The notes under the pieces are model-generated. The model did not search any database. It was given only the letters and a program-made list of their open reading frames with translations, and was not told where the DNA came from. A stretch of DNA of 64,000 nt from a virus. Shown in pieces: positions 17,462-25,391 of the stretch. The position numbers were made by a program, and so were the translations under genes. Within the stretch, counting starts at the first letter, position 1; each line of letters opens with the position of its first letter. Location: positions 4,534 through 68,533 of the IMG/VR virus record IMGVR_UViG_3300044712_001205. One strand, written 5' to 3'.

Positions 17462-18478
17462 ATGACTTCAGCAAAAATTGTTTACCTTGCACGTTATCGT
17501 GTACCACATGCCTTGATGGCATTGCAACCCGAGTTCAGTCGACATCTCGTTGGAGTGGATAGAACCTGTATTGCCAGTCCTGTGCCCAAAGAAGAGCTTT
17601 GGCCTATTTTTGAAAAATACGGCATTGACACTTCAAACTTTGATTATGCACCTGATTCGGAAATTTATAGACTATATCCCGAAGTAAACAATTGGGTGTT
17701 TGACGATGACTACAGAGGTTGGTGGCTGCGACAACAGGCCATTAAACTGGCATTTCTAGATTACTTAGATTATGATCTCATGGTTATGAATGACCCTGAC
17801 TGTATATTGATTCGTGATTACGAGCCTTTTAAAAACGGTCAACTCAACTACATGGTGCTGGAAAACGAACGACACAGTTGGGGCTATTACGAAACTATCA
17901 AGAATGCATTGGGATTTGAACGGCAGACTCCACATTGTTTTATCAGCGAATATGTACCTGTGCTTAAACAAGATATTACTGATCTAAGATTATTCTTAGA
18001 ACAAAAGCATAAATGCAAGTGGTTAGATGCTATCATTGATCACTGCCCCGGAGAACCCACAGTTCCGCCATGGGGCAACGGAGAACTTATACGCTGGCTG
18101 TCTGAATACGAACTTGTGGGCAACTGGACTATGAGTCGTAGACCGATAACCATGGAACCACAACGCAGATACATGTATGATGACATGACCAAAATTGGCG
18201 GATTTGATCCTGATTATCATACCGCAGTTTGTGATGCAGTTCCTGACCTAAGTCGTAGTGTACAATTCGACTGGCAAACCAACGAAGTCAAAGATTTTGA
18301 TCGTTGGATGGATTTGATAAGACAGCGATTGAGCCAAGCCACAGGAGTCATCAAAACTTCCATTGAAGAAGAGATTTGTCCCGGACAAGCCAATCGTGAT
18401 TGGCTAGGACGATCAGCCGAGAGCGATCGATCTTTAAGCGAACGATTTGGTAACAATTATAACGCATACAAACCATGA
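17462..18478 (+). CDS. DUF6492-like putative glycosyltransferase
   Basis: GWWLRQQAIKL, DPD (DxD), SEYELVG; start MTSAK at 17462. Confidence 0.55.
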   Translation: MTSAKIVYLARYRVPHALMALQPEFSRHLVGVDRTCIASPVPKEELWPIFEKYGIDTSNFDYAPDSEIYRLYPEVNNWVFDDDYRGWWLRQQAIKLAFLDYLDYDLMVMNDPDCILIRDYEPFKNGQLNYMVLENERHSWGYYETIKNALGFERQTPHCFISEYVPVLKQDITDLRLFLEQKHKCKWLDAIIDHCPGEPTVPPWGNGELIRWLSEYELVGNWTMSRRPITMEPQRRYMYDDMTKIGGFDPDYHTAVCDAVPDLSRSVQFDWQTNEVKDFDRWMDLIRQRLSQATGVIKTSIEEEICPGQANRDWLGRSAESDRSLSERFGNNYNAYKP

Positions 18479-19533
18479 CTGAACTTTCTCAACTAAAAAT
18501 TTATAGCCCTGGATATCAAGCCATTGACTGGGGCTTTGATTATCCTCAAGTGGTTAGCTTAGAAGAAGCACTGGATCAGCCTACCAAGATTGCTGCCTTG
18601 CCTGTGCATTATAACAATCCTCAAAATTTTGCTTACAAAGAAGAATTTCAAAGTGTAGATTTGTCGCAGTTTGATCTAGTGTTATTCACGGACATTCAGT
18701 TCAGTCGACAAACAGAACTTGTGAATTGGATCAGTACTACCAACGCAAAAAATTGGCTATTGAGTGTAGCTGGATTGTATTCAGACGAAACATTGGACTC
18801 ACGTACTGTTTATCGACCATGGTGGAGTTTTACGTTCTTGCAATGGAATCCACCGCGAGATGATTTTCCATTGGATCGACCTTACATGTACGATTGCTTA
18901 TCCGGCTCACGACGTGATCACAGAGATTACGTAATGCTGTCACTGGAAAAACACAACCTGTTAGACCGAGGCATAGCTACCTACAGAGATATTTTTATAG
19001 GCAACAGCTTTGACAAAACTCCGCATCATGTTGCCAAACATTTTCCAGGTCAAACTTTAACTTGGCCATATGTGAGTCCTAATTTAAAACCTGAATGGGA
19101 AGTTCGTGAAAATTTAGATCATTCTATCAGCAGCATTGTCCCTTGGGAGATTTACAATAGAACTTACTTTACTATTCTTGTAGAAACATTGAGTTCAGGC
19201 AATTGCTATCTCATGGCTGAAAAGATCGGTAAGTGTTTGTATGGTCGAAGATTGTTTGTGCATTTTGGTGTTGCACACTGGCTTGAAAGGCTGCGATCTT
19301 TTGGATTCAAAACGTTTGACGGTATCATCGACGAAAGTTATGACAGCATTGATGATGACGTCGAACGCTGGAAAGCAGCATTCGCACAAGTAGAATATCT
19401 CAGCAAACAAAATCTAGTTGATGTGTTGCTGCAATCAAAACGAATACTGGATCATAACCACAGACGCCTGTATGAATTCAAACAAGAAAAATACGACGAA
19501 ATGTGGCGCATGATCCAGCCGCACTTACGCTAA
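18475..19533 (+). CDS. Hypothetical GT-B-like protein
   Basis: FTILVET...AEKIGK...LRSFGFKTFDGIIDESYD C-terminal pattern. Confidence 0.5.
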   Translation: MTELSQLKIYSPGYQAIDWGFDYPQVVSLEEALDQPTKIAALPVHYNNPQNFAYKEEFQSVDLSQFDLVLFTDIQFSRQTELVNWISTTNAKNWLLSVAGLYSDETLDSRTVYRPWWSFTFLQWNPPRDDFPLDRPYMYDCLSGSRRDHRDYVMLSLEKHNLLDRGIATYRDIFIGNSFDKTPHHVAKHFPGQTLTWPYVSPNLKPEWEVRENLDHSISSIVPWEIYNRTYFTILVETLSSGNCYLMAEKIGKCLYGRRLFVHFGVAHWLERLRSFGFKTFDGIIDESYDSIDDDVERWKAAFAQVEYLSKQNLVDVLLQSKRILDHNHRRLYEFKQEKYDEMWRMIQPHLR

Positions 19534-20337
19534 ACCAAAGTCATTGCTGATCCTGCTGTAGTAGTTGTCAGCAATGATTTGTTGTCCTTGGGGTCCTGAG
19601 TGATAACCGGGATCTTCCCCTTCAAAAGGATTGTTACCGCAAATAGGCAGTACAGACTCGCGCTCGTTGAACATTACGTATCGATCTGGAATGGCATCAG
19701 TTATTACTCTACGCCACTGATTTTGTCCAGCAGCTGGATCAAACGGCCACAACAACACAGGCACAAACAAGAAGTTGATACCAGCATGATACAGTTCAAA
19801 AATACCTTCTTTGATCAACCACTCGTCTTGTTGTTTTTTCCACTCTGAATCATAGATAGCATCGATGTAATGTCTCACTGCGGTCTGTGCTGTTTTGCTG
19901 ATCAGGCCTGATCTATATGGATGCTCATAGTTCTCGGCCAGAGTGTAGATAGTTTCACAGATCATGTTGTAGTTGTTGTTGCCGTAGTTAACGTTGTTGA
20001 TGCCGTCGGCTCTGTTGTATCCGTTTTTCAAACTGCGGTCTTGCAAATGACGTTGTATATCGGGGTTCCACCCACCGGTACTCTTCTTCCAATCAAAAGG
20101 TGCAGCAGTGGCAGGTATCTCCATTCTATCCCAAAACGTAGGAGTAATCACAGCAAAGTCCGGGCGCTGACGCAGGATTTCTTCTATCTGCACACGTATG
20201 CCTCCGTTTGAACAACCTTGACGTGCAAGATTTTCCAAATCCCAACCCAGTCGTTGTGCCAATAGCTCACTCCAGCTGGTGCCTGGTAATCGTTGTGACG
20301 GTGCTGAAAAACTGCAACCTGCTACCATTAATTTCAT
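19525..20337 (-). CDS. SGNH/GDSL hydrolase-like protein
   Basis: VAGCSFS, NLARQGCSN, C-terminal DPGYH. Confidence 0.65.
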   Translation of the reverse strand: MKLMVAGCSFSAPSQRLPGTSWSELLAQRLGWDLENLARQGCSNGGIRVQIEEILRQRPDFAVITPTFWDRMEIPATAAPFDWKKSTGGWNPDIQRHLQDRSLKNGYNRADGINNVNYGNNNYNMICETIYTLAENYEHPYRSGLISKTAQTAVRHYIDAIYDSEWKKQQDEWLIKEGIFELYHAGINFLFVPVLLWPFDPAAGQNQWRRVITDAIPDRYVMFNERESVLPICGNNPFEGEDPGYHSGPQGQQIIADNYYSRISNDFGLA

Positions 20338-20858
20338 TGTGATTCCTTGTAACTGTTTTGATGTGTGTGTTGATGAAAGCCGGCTACAATATCTTTGTGC
20401 AACGGTAGTTCATCTAAACTGTATGTACCTTCAGGCACAGCATAAGTTGTGCCTTCGCCGGGTTTGGCAAAAGTTATCAATTGTGGATGATGCTTAACTG
20501 CATCATGCACCAACTTATGATGTATATGTCCATAATCTCCGTGTTCGTCGTGTGTGAGAACCAGATCATAGTCTTTGACCAGTTGTTGGCAAGCTGCTGT
20601 GGCATCTATACCAAGCCAACGTGTTAGTTGTTTCTGTTCATTGTCGTGCCAGTGATCTTCAAAACCCAAGAACACTGTGGCAATGTTTCTATGCTGCCAA
20701 AACTTGGCCATTTCTGCACCTCGTGGATCTGCGGCTTGGTATGTTAAGTAACCAACGGTCCAGTTGTATTCTGGATGTGCATGGATATAACTGTATCCAA
20801 AGATTATGCAGTCATCCGGGTGTGCTACCAGGCACAGTGCATTTAGTTTAGATTCCAT
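20334..20858 (-). CDS. PIG-L/LmbE family deacetylase
   Basis: VAHPDD; TH...GDYGHIHH. Confidence 0.85.
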   Translation of the reverse strand: MESKLNALCLVAHPDDCIIFGYSYIHAHPEYNWTVGYLTYQAADPRGAEMAKFWQHRNIATVFLGFEDHWHDNEQKQLTRWLGIDATAACQQLVKDYDLVLTHDEHGDYGHIHHKLVHDAVKHHPQLITFAKPGEGTTYAVPEGTYSLDELPLHKDIVAGFHQHTHQNSYKESQ

Positions 20859-21682
20859 GCTTCAGTGATTCCACGATCTATTAGCAAATTTCTATACTGT
20901 TGTTTTTGTTCTGGTGTCAACGCAGACCAGGCATTCCTATGTATACTCACAGCGTGAGACCGACTCATGTTAGAAATTTTTTGATCAGCTATGCCAGTTT
21001 CACTGTGACACAGATTCACTGGCCATATTTGTTGACTCGAAGTAGCATACAAGGCCTCTAAACTGCCAAACTTGTATTTGACATAGCCTGAATACAATAT
21101 AAACTCTGTGAGCATGCCTTGAGCTTGAAACCACTCAGGGAAGTTTTGCTGTGTTTTTACAGTGACATCGGCGATCATCATTCTCACTGTGTTGTTGTGA
21201 AAAATGTAAGGCACGCCTCCTGGTCCAATCTGTGTGTCTAAATCAATATCAAAAGTACGGTTTACAATTTGTCGCGATGGCTCAAACACTGACTGTATGG
21301 GCAAAAATCCTGCGACTATTTTTCCATTGGAATCTATCAGTTCATTGAGATGAAGTTCTTGGGTAATTATGGTTTTGGCATCCAGCACCATGGTACAGGT
21401 GTTGTAGCTCATTGAAGGGACCAGCAGTTTCCAAAGTTGTTGTGTGAGCCAACCGTTGTCAACCCAAGGAGTAGAAAATGCTGTTCTAGGAACTACTAGC
21501 ACCAAAGGTGCTAATTCACCCCACCACGTAGGATCAATGTCATTGACTAGAGTTTCGTCGTCGTTGACTACAACATAGATATTGCGGATGCCAAGATTGC
21601 GGCAGTAAAGAGCAATGCTCTGCGCTTGCAAGCGCAGCACAGGAAGTTCTTGTCTGAAAACAACAGTGCAAAGATCGATCAT
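20843..21682 (-). CDS. DUF6492-like putative glycosyltransferase
   Basis: GWLTQQLWKL, VLDAK, TEFILYS; same motifs as the 17462 gene. Confidence 0.55.
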   Translation of the reverse strand: MIDLCTVVFRQELPVLRLQAQSIALYCRNLGIRNIYVVVNDDETLVNDIDPTWWGELAPLVLVVPRTAFSTPWVDNGWLTQQLWKLLVPSMSYNTCTMVLDAKTIITQELHLNELIDSNGKIVAGFLPIQSVFEPSRQIVNRTFDIDLDTQIGPGGVPYIFHNNTVRMMIADVTVKTQQNFPEWFQAQGMLTEFILYSGYVKYKFGSLEALYATSSQQIWPVNLCHSETGIADQKISNMSRSHAVSIHRNAWSALTPEQKQQYRNLLIDRGITEAWNLN

Positions 21683-21715
21683 GCACTTATGTATCAGACA
21701 AGTTTGGGTAGATGA

Positions 21716-23185
21716 TTATTTAGATTGTGGAGGGTTAACCGGTACAGTTTTGTACACACGTTTCACAGGATCCCACACAGTTTTACGAGGACCTTGTCCG
21801 GCTAACTGTTTGAGACGGCTCATGGCATCGTCAAAACGATCTGCATCCATATTGCCAACTTTGTTGCCCTCGCCTAGGTCTCGATCGTTGGAATAATCGC
21901 CCGAGTCATAATCTGATTTACGAGCACTCTTAAAGTATGCAAAGTCAGGGTCGTGGAATTTACCATCATTACCTAGGCTGCCGGTTTTGGGATCATCCCA
22001 TTCTTTGCGTTTTACTACGGTGCGGCCAGGAGTTGTTGTAACACTCACAGGGCCATTTGCACCTCTAAACTCGCGTTCGCTTTCGTCGACACCTTCTTTG
22101 GGCACACAGTTGGGAACCATGCGGTCACCTTTTTTCTTCATGCCTACTTGACGATGTGTGTCCCAACACTTTTCGTCTAGTTGTTCTTCAAATGTAGACA
22201 CAGGGGGAACTCTGGATGAAGTTTTACGCTTAGCCATTTCACGCTTGTATGCTTCTGGATCAGTCTGCTTTAGTTTTGCTAAACGCTGTTTTTCTTTTTC
22301 TATTTTAGCAATCATACGCTGTTCAACATCGCCGGCGTCGTCTTCCGCCACACCTTCTTTTTTAGTGAATACATTGTGACCAAATCTATCACCATATTGT
22401 TGTGTATTGATAGTGACAGTTCTGCCAGGATATGTCAAATATGAATTGTGGGCACGGCCCATAGCATCATACTTGTGACGGTATTCACCTGGGGTGCCGT
22501 GTGCTGTGATATACTTTTCAACTTCACTGTGATGTGCTTGTTCAAAATCGTTGTTGATGCCTTCCGCCACATCTTGCTCTTGACCTTGCACATCAGCAAT
22601 AGCACCGTTGGTAAGTTTAACCATCATAGGACCTTGTGGGCCAAACATACGCTTGAAGCCTGCCGTAGTCATACGACCAGCTTCTGTGCCGTCTCGGATA
22701 TCGCCAATGCGCTTGTCAGTGATAGCAATGGCACTACCACGTGGTAGTATTTTCTTACCATTAGCAGACTTCATTGATAGCAAGTCTTGTAGAATAGCAT
22801 CAGCGTTATCTAGTACAACCTGGCGTGCTTCTTCTGGACTGGTTGCCAGTACATAATAGTATCTACCGCTGTAATCACTGTACTTGCCGCGATAGTAGTT
22901 GTTCATGATAACAACTTGCCACGACTTCAAACCTTTTAACGCATTAAATGTTGTCTCTGGGCTTGCCTCTGCTACACCTTCAGACTTGTTGCCCCAGTTG
23001 GCAGCACCTTTTTTACGGCACTGAACCAAGGCACCCGACGCATAAGCCGATGGCCATACTTTGTAGCGACTGCGAACCTTGTGATAGCAAGCATCTTTCT
23101 TTTCTGCCAACAACAAGTCGCTGAAAGCAGGGCCGCCACACTCAGGACAGGTTTGCGGTGATTCAAATAAGTCGTCTACAATCAT
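21716..23185 (-). CDS. Modular putative head-internal polyprotein (GVAE linkers, Cys-pair micro-domains)
   Basis: MIVDDLFE leader; EGVAEA, QDVAEG, EGVAED and EGVDES linkers. Confidence 0.75.
   Translation of the reverse strand: MIVDDLFESPQTCPECGGPAFSDLLLAEKKDACYHKVRSRYKVWPSAYASGALVQCRKKGAANWGNKSEGVAEASPETTFNALKGLKSWQVVIMNNYYRGKYSDYSGRYYYVLATSPEEARQVVLDNADAILQDLLSMKSANGKKILPRGSAIAITDKRIGDIRDGTEAGRMTTAGFKRMFGPQGPMMVKLTNGAIADVQGQEQDVAEGINNDFEQAHHSEVEKYITAHGTPGEYRHKYDAMGRAHNSYLTYPGRTVTINTQQYGDRFGHNVFTKKEGVAEDDAGDVEQRMIAKIEKEKQRLAKLKQTDPEAYKREMAKRKTSSRVPPVSTFEEQLDEKCWDTHRQVGMKKKGDRMVPNCVPKEGVDESEREFRGANGPVSVTTTPGRTVVKRKEWDDPKTGSLGNDGKFHDPDFAYFKSARKSDYDSGDYSNDRDLGEGNKVGNMDADRFDDAMSRLKQLAGQGPRKTVWDPVKRVYKTVPVNPPQSK
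22080..22981 (-). repeat. Further copies of the 17-bp GVAE repeat
   Basis: Copies at 22341, 22560 and 22965, degenerate copy at 22080; spacings 261, 219 and 405 nt. Confidence 0.75.
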
Positions 23186-23442
23186 TTTTTCTTAGTAGCC
23201 ACGTTGATGGCTGCTCCTTTGCGTTCTGGATTGGGGTCTTGTCTACGTTTTCTAGCAGCAGCCGAAGCACGACCTTTTTTGCCCAGGGCATGTGCTTTTG
23301 ACTGTGGCAAACACTTGGGCTTGCCTTCGCTATCGTCGCCCCGAGCACAAGCACCACGAATTTTACCGTCAGGGCCAAATCGCACCCACTTTTCTTTGAA
23401 CCACTTGCGTAGATTCTCGTTGACGAATTCGTTTGCTCGCAT
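23182..23442 (-). CDS. Small basic protein with MRANEFVNE leader
   Basis: LRKWFKEKW...C...KPKCLP; TAAATA 7 nt upstream. Confidence 0.75.
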   Translation of the reverse strand: MRANEFVNENLRKWFKEKWVRFGPDGKIRGACARGDDSEGKPKCLPQSKAHALGKKGRASAAARKRRQDPNPERKGAAINVATKKK

Positions 23443-23448
23443 AATAAG

Positions 23449-23934
23449 TTATTTACCAGCTTTGGCCAGTGCAGCACCCTTGTTGAAACTGGGGCTCCAA
23501 CTCAAGGGATCACGTTGATTTCTTTGGTACCATGCATAGCCAGCACGATGTCCAGAGCAGTCGTATGTACATTCGCTGCCCAGGAAAGTGAGTTCATCCA
23601 GCTGTTCAGGTATTTCAATCTCGGGTGTGTCGCTTTGATACGTGCGATTTTGCACAGCAGTTTTGAACTGAAAGCGCATTTGGTCAGCAGAGATCTTACG
23701 CAGCCCTACACTGACACCAGAGGCAGAATCACGAATCCATATCTTGGAACCAGAATCCATGGACTCTAATTCATCTCGCACAGCAGGTAGTTTACGAAAC
23801 ACACCGTCCACAGCTCGTGGATCGATTTCTCTCATGTACACCTGCTCAATGGCATGATCATCGACCACAATCACAATATCGCCAATGCGTATTGATCCTA
23901 CAGCAGCCTCATTTATAAACTCACGTGCTTTCAT
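23449..23934 (-). CDS. Hypothetical protein with MKAREFINE leader and C-terminal CTYDCSGHRAGY module
   Basis: Start set at 23934, 7 nt after TATAAATA. Confidence 0.7.
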   Translation of the reverse strand: MKAREFINEAAVGSIRIGDIVIVVDDHAIEQVYMREIDPRAVDGVFRKLPAVRDELESMDSGSKIWIRDSASGVSVGLRKISADQMRFQFKTAVQNRTYQSDTPEIEIPEQLDELTFLGSECTYDCSGHRAGYAWYQRNQRDPLSWSPSFNKGAALAKAGK

Positions 23935-23949
23935 ATACAAGTATTTATA

Positions 23950-24400
23950 GGGATCGCTGAGCGATCCAAGCTTCGCTTTCAGCTCGCTTTGTTTATAAAA
24001 ACACACAAGAGATATTTCGCTAGATTGTGAGGCCATACGACACCCAGAAATTCTGGGCGTCAAGACATTCGCTGAGTTGCTCAGCCACACTTGTGACAGC
24101 AGGTATTTGTGTTGTCTACTGCTCTGGGCTCTGTACCTTACCCCACCTGCTACGATTTTTAAAGCGACTTCGGTGTCAAGTGTCGCTATGGCAGTGTTAG
24201 ACAATAAGCTAGCTCACGCTACGCTCAACCCGTACGACTGTTCTAACGCTACTGCCACGGGGCAGACGTTTTCTCTGGGCATCCCTGCGTCACAGGGGTA
24301 GAGAACAGAAGCCTCTTGTACAAAGAAGAGGATGGTTACCGTGAGACATCACCACGGATTCACCAGCGGAATATCAACCGGCCCGCCAACCTTGTGTTGT
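23950..24400 (-). ncRNA. Candidate large structured ncRNA (or structured DNA element)
   Basis: At least ten helices, with ACACAAG (24003) / CTTGTGT (24391) closing most of the region; strand inferred from flanking genes. Confidence 0.55.
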
Positions 24401-24423
24401 ACTAATTTTTTAAAAGATAGTGA

Positions 24424-24837
24424 TTAAGTTATGGGACCGCCTTCGACCCATGCATCGCAGGTTCGTTTGGCAGCACATTTGAATTTGAGAAATTTACAAT
24501 ATCCGAGATGACCAGCATCCACAGTGTCCTGTGGGTCTGATCCGGGCTCGGCCCCGATACCTTTGGCCATACAATCCATCATGCTTTCGCTCATGTCAAA
24601 TGCTGCACAATTACCGCAGCGAGCGCTCTTGGCGTCGTCGGGATCACTCATGTTCCATTCGTCGGCTTTGGCTTGCCAAAACTCTTCGTTGGGTGCGTTG
24701 GGATCTAATGGACCGTATCTGTATTCGTCGATGGCTTTTTGTCTGTTCTTTAAGTTTAGGTCAATGTTTTGTGTGGCAGGAGGACAGCCACGTTCCACGG
24801 CTTCCATAAAATTGATATAGTCTCTGATAGTTTTCAT
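24424..24837 (-). CDS. Cys-rich protein with HiPIP-like spacing
   Basis: CGNCAAF...GYCKFLKFKCAAKRTCDAW. Confidence 0.55.
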   Translation of the reverse strand: MKTIRDYINFMEAVERGCPPATQNIDLNLKNRQKAIDEYRYGPLDPNAPNEEFWQAKADEWNMSDPDDAKSARCGNCAAFDMSESMMDCMAKGIGAEPGSDPQDTVDAGHLGYCKFLKFKCAAKRTCDAWVEGGPIT

Positions 24838-25391
24838 TTTTTACGTCCTGATTTCATGTTGGCACACCAATGATACATTTTGCCACGCTCACCGCCGTAC
24901 TTACGTGCTCGCGCTCGCAAGTCTGATACTGACCCTTTGCAACTGGCACCTGCACGTTTCACACGTCCGGGTCTACTCTTGCCTTTGACTTTGCCATCAG
25001 CAAAGTTTTCATTGAGTTTTGATAATGCTTCTACTAGCCCTGGATGCATGGGTTCGGGCAGTTGATCTTGCTCGACCCAACACCAGTCTTTGCTTTCCTG
25101 ATTTATTCGGGGTTCAAATTCCCGTGGCACACGGCCTATGAATGTAGCATACTGACCTGTGCGGTGCAGCGGTTCTAACTTGAGCGGACCCACATATCCA
25201 CCTTCTTCTGCAAGTTCTCTGCGTACAGCCTGTTCCAGTGTTTCGCCTGGCTCTACGCCACCGCCCCAGGTTGACCACACGCCAGGATCACTCACAGTAT
25301 CACTACGCTGCTGCAAGCACCAACGTCCTGTGTCTTCGGCTACAACAATGCAGCCTGCTGACTTTGGCTGTGTGAATTCGCTGGCTCGCAT
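24834..25391 (-). CDS. NUDIX hydrolase with basic C-terminal peptide
   Basis: GGGVEPGETLEQAVRRELAEEGG Nudix box; MRASEF leader. Confidence 0.88.
   Translation of the reverse strand: MRASEFTQPKSAGCIVVAEDTGRWCLQQRSDTVSDPGVWSTWGGGVEPGETLEQAVRRELAEEGGYVGPLKLEPLHRTGQYATFIGRVPREFEPRINQESKDWCWVEQDQLPEPMHPGLVEALSKLNENFADGKVKGKSRPGRVKRAGASCKGSVSDLRARARKYGGERGKMYHWCANMKSGRKK

Noticed and set aside
23935-24204. N-terminal extension of ORF 23449-24204
   Set aside because: A better start (MKAREF after TATAAATA) is at 23934, and the extension runs through the hairpin-rich region.
23950-24400. tRNA, tmRNA, RNase P or group I/II intron
   Set aside because: I could not find a T-loop/CCA end, RNase P GAGGAAAGUCC, or intron core motifs by eye; flanking genes are not split.
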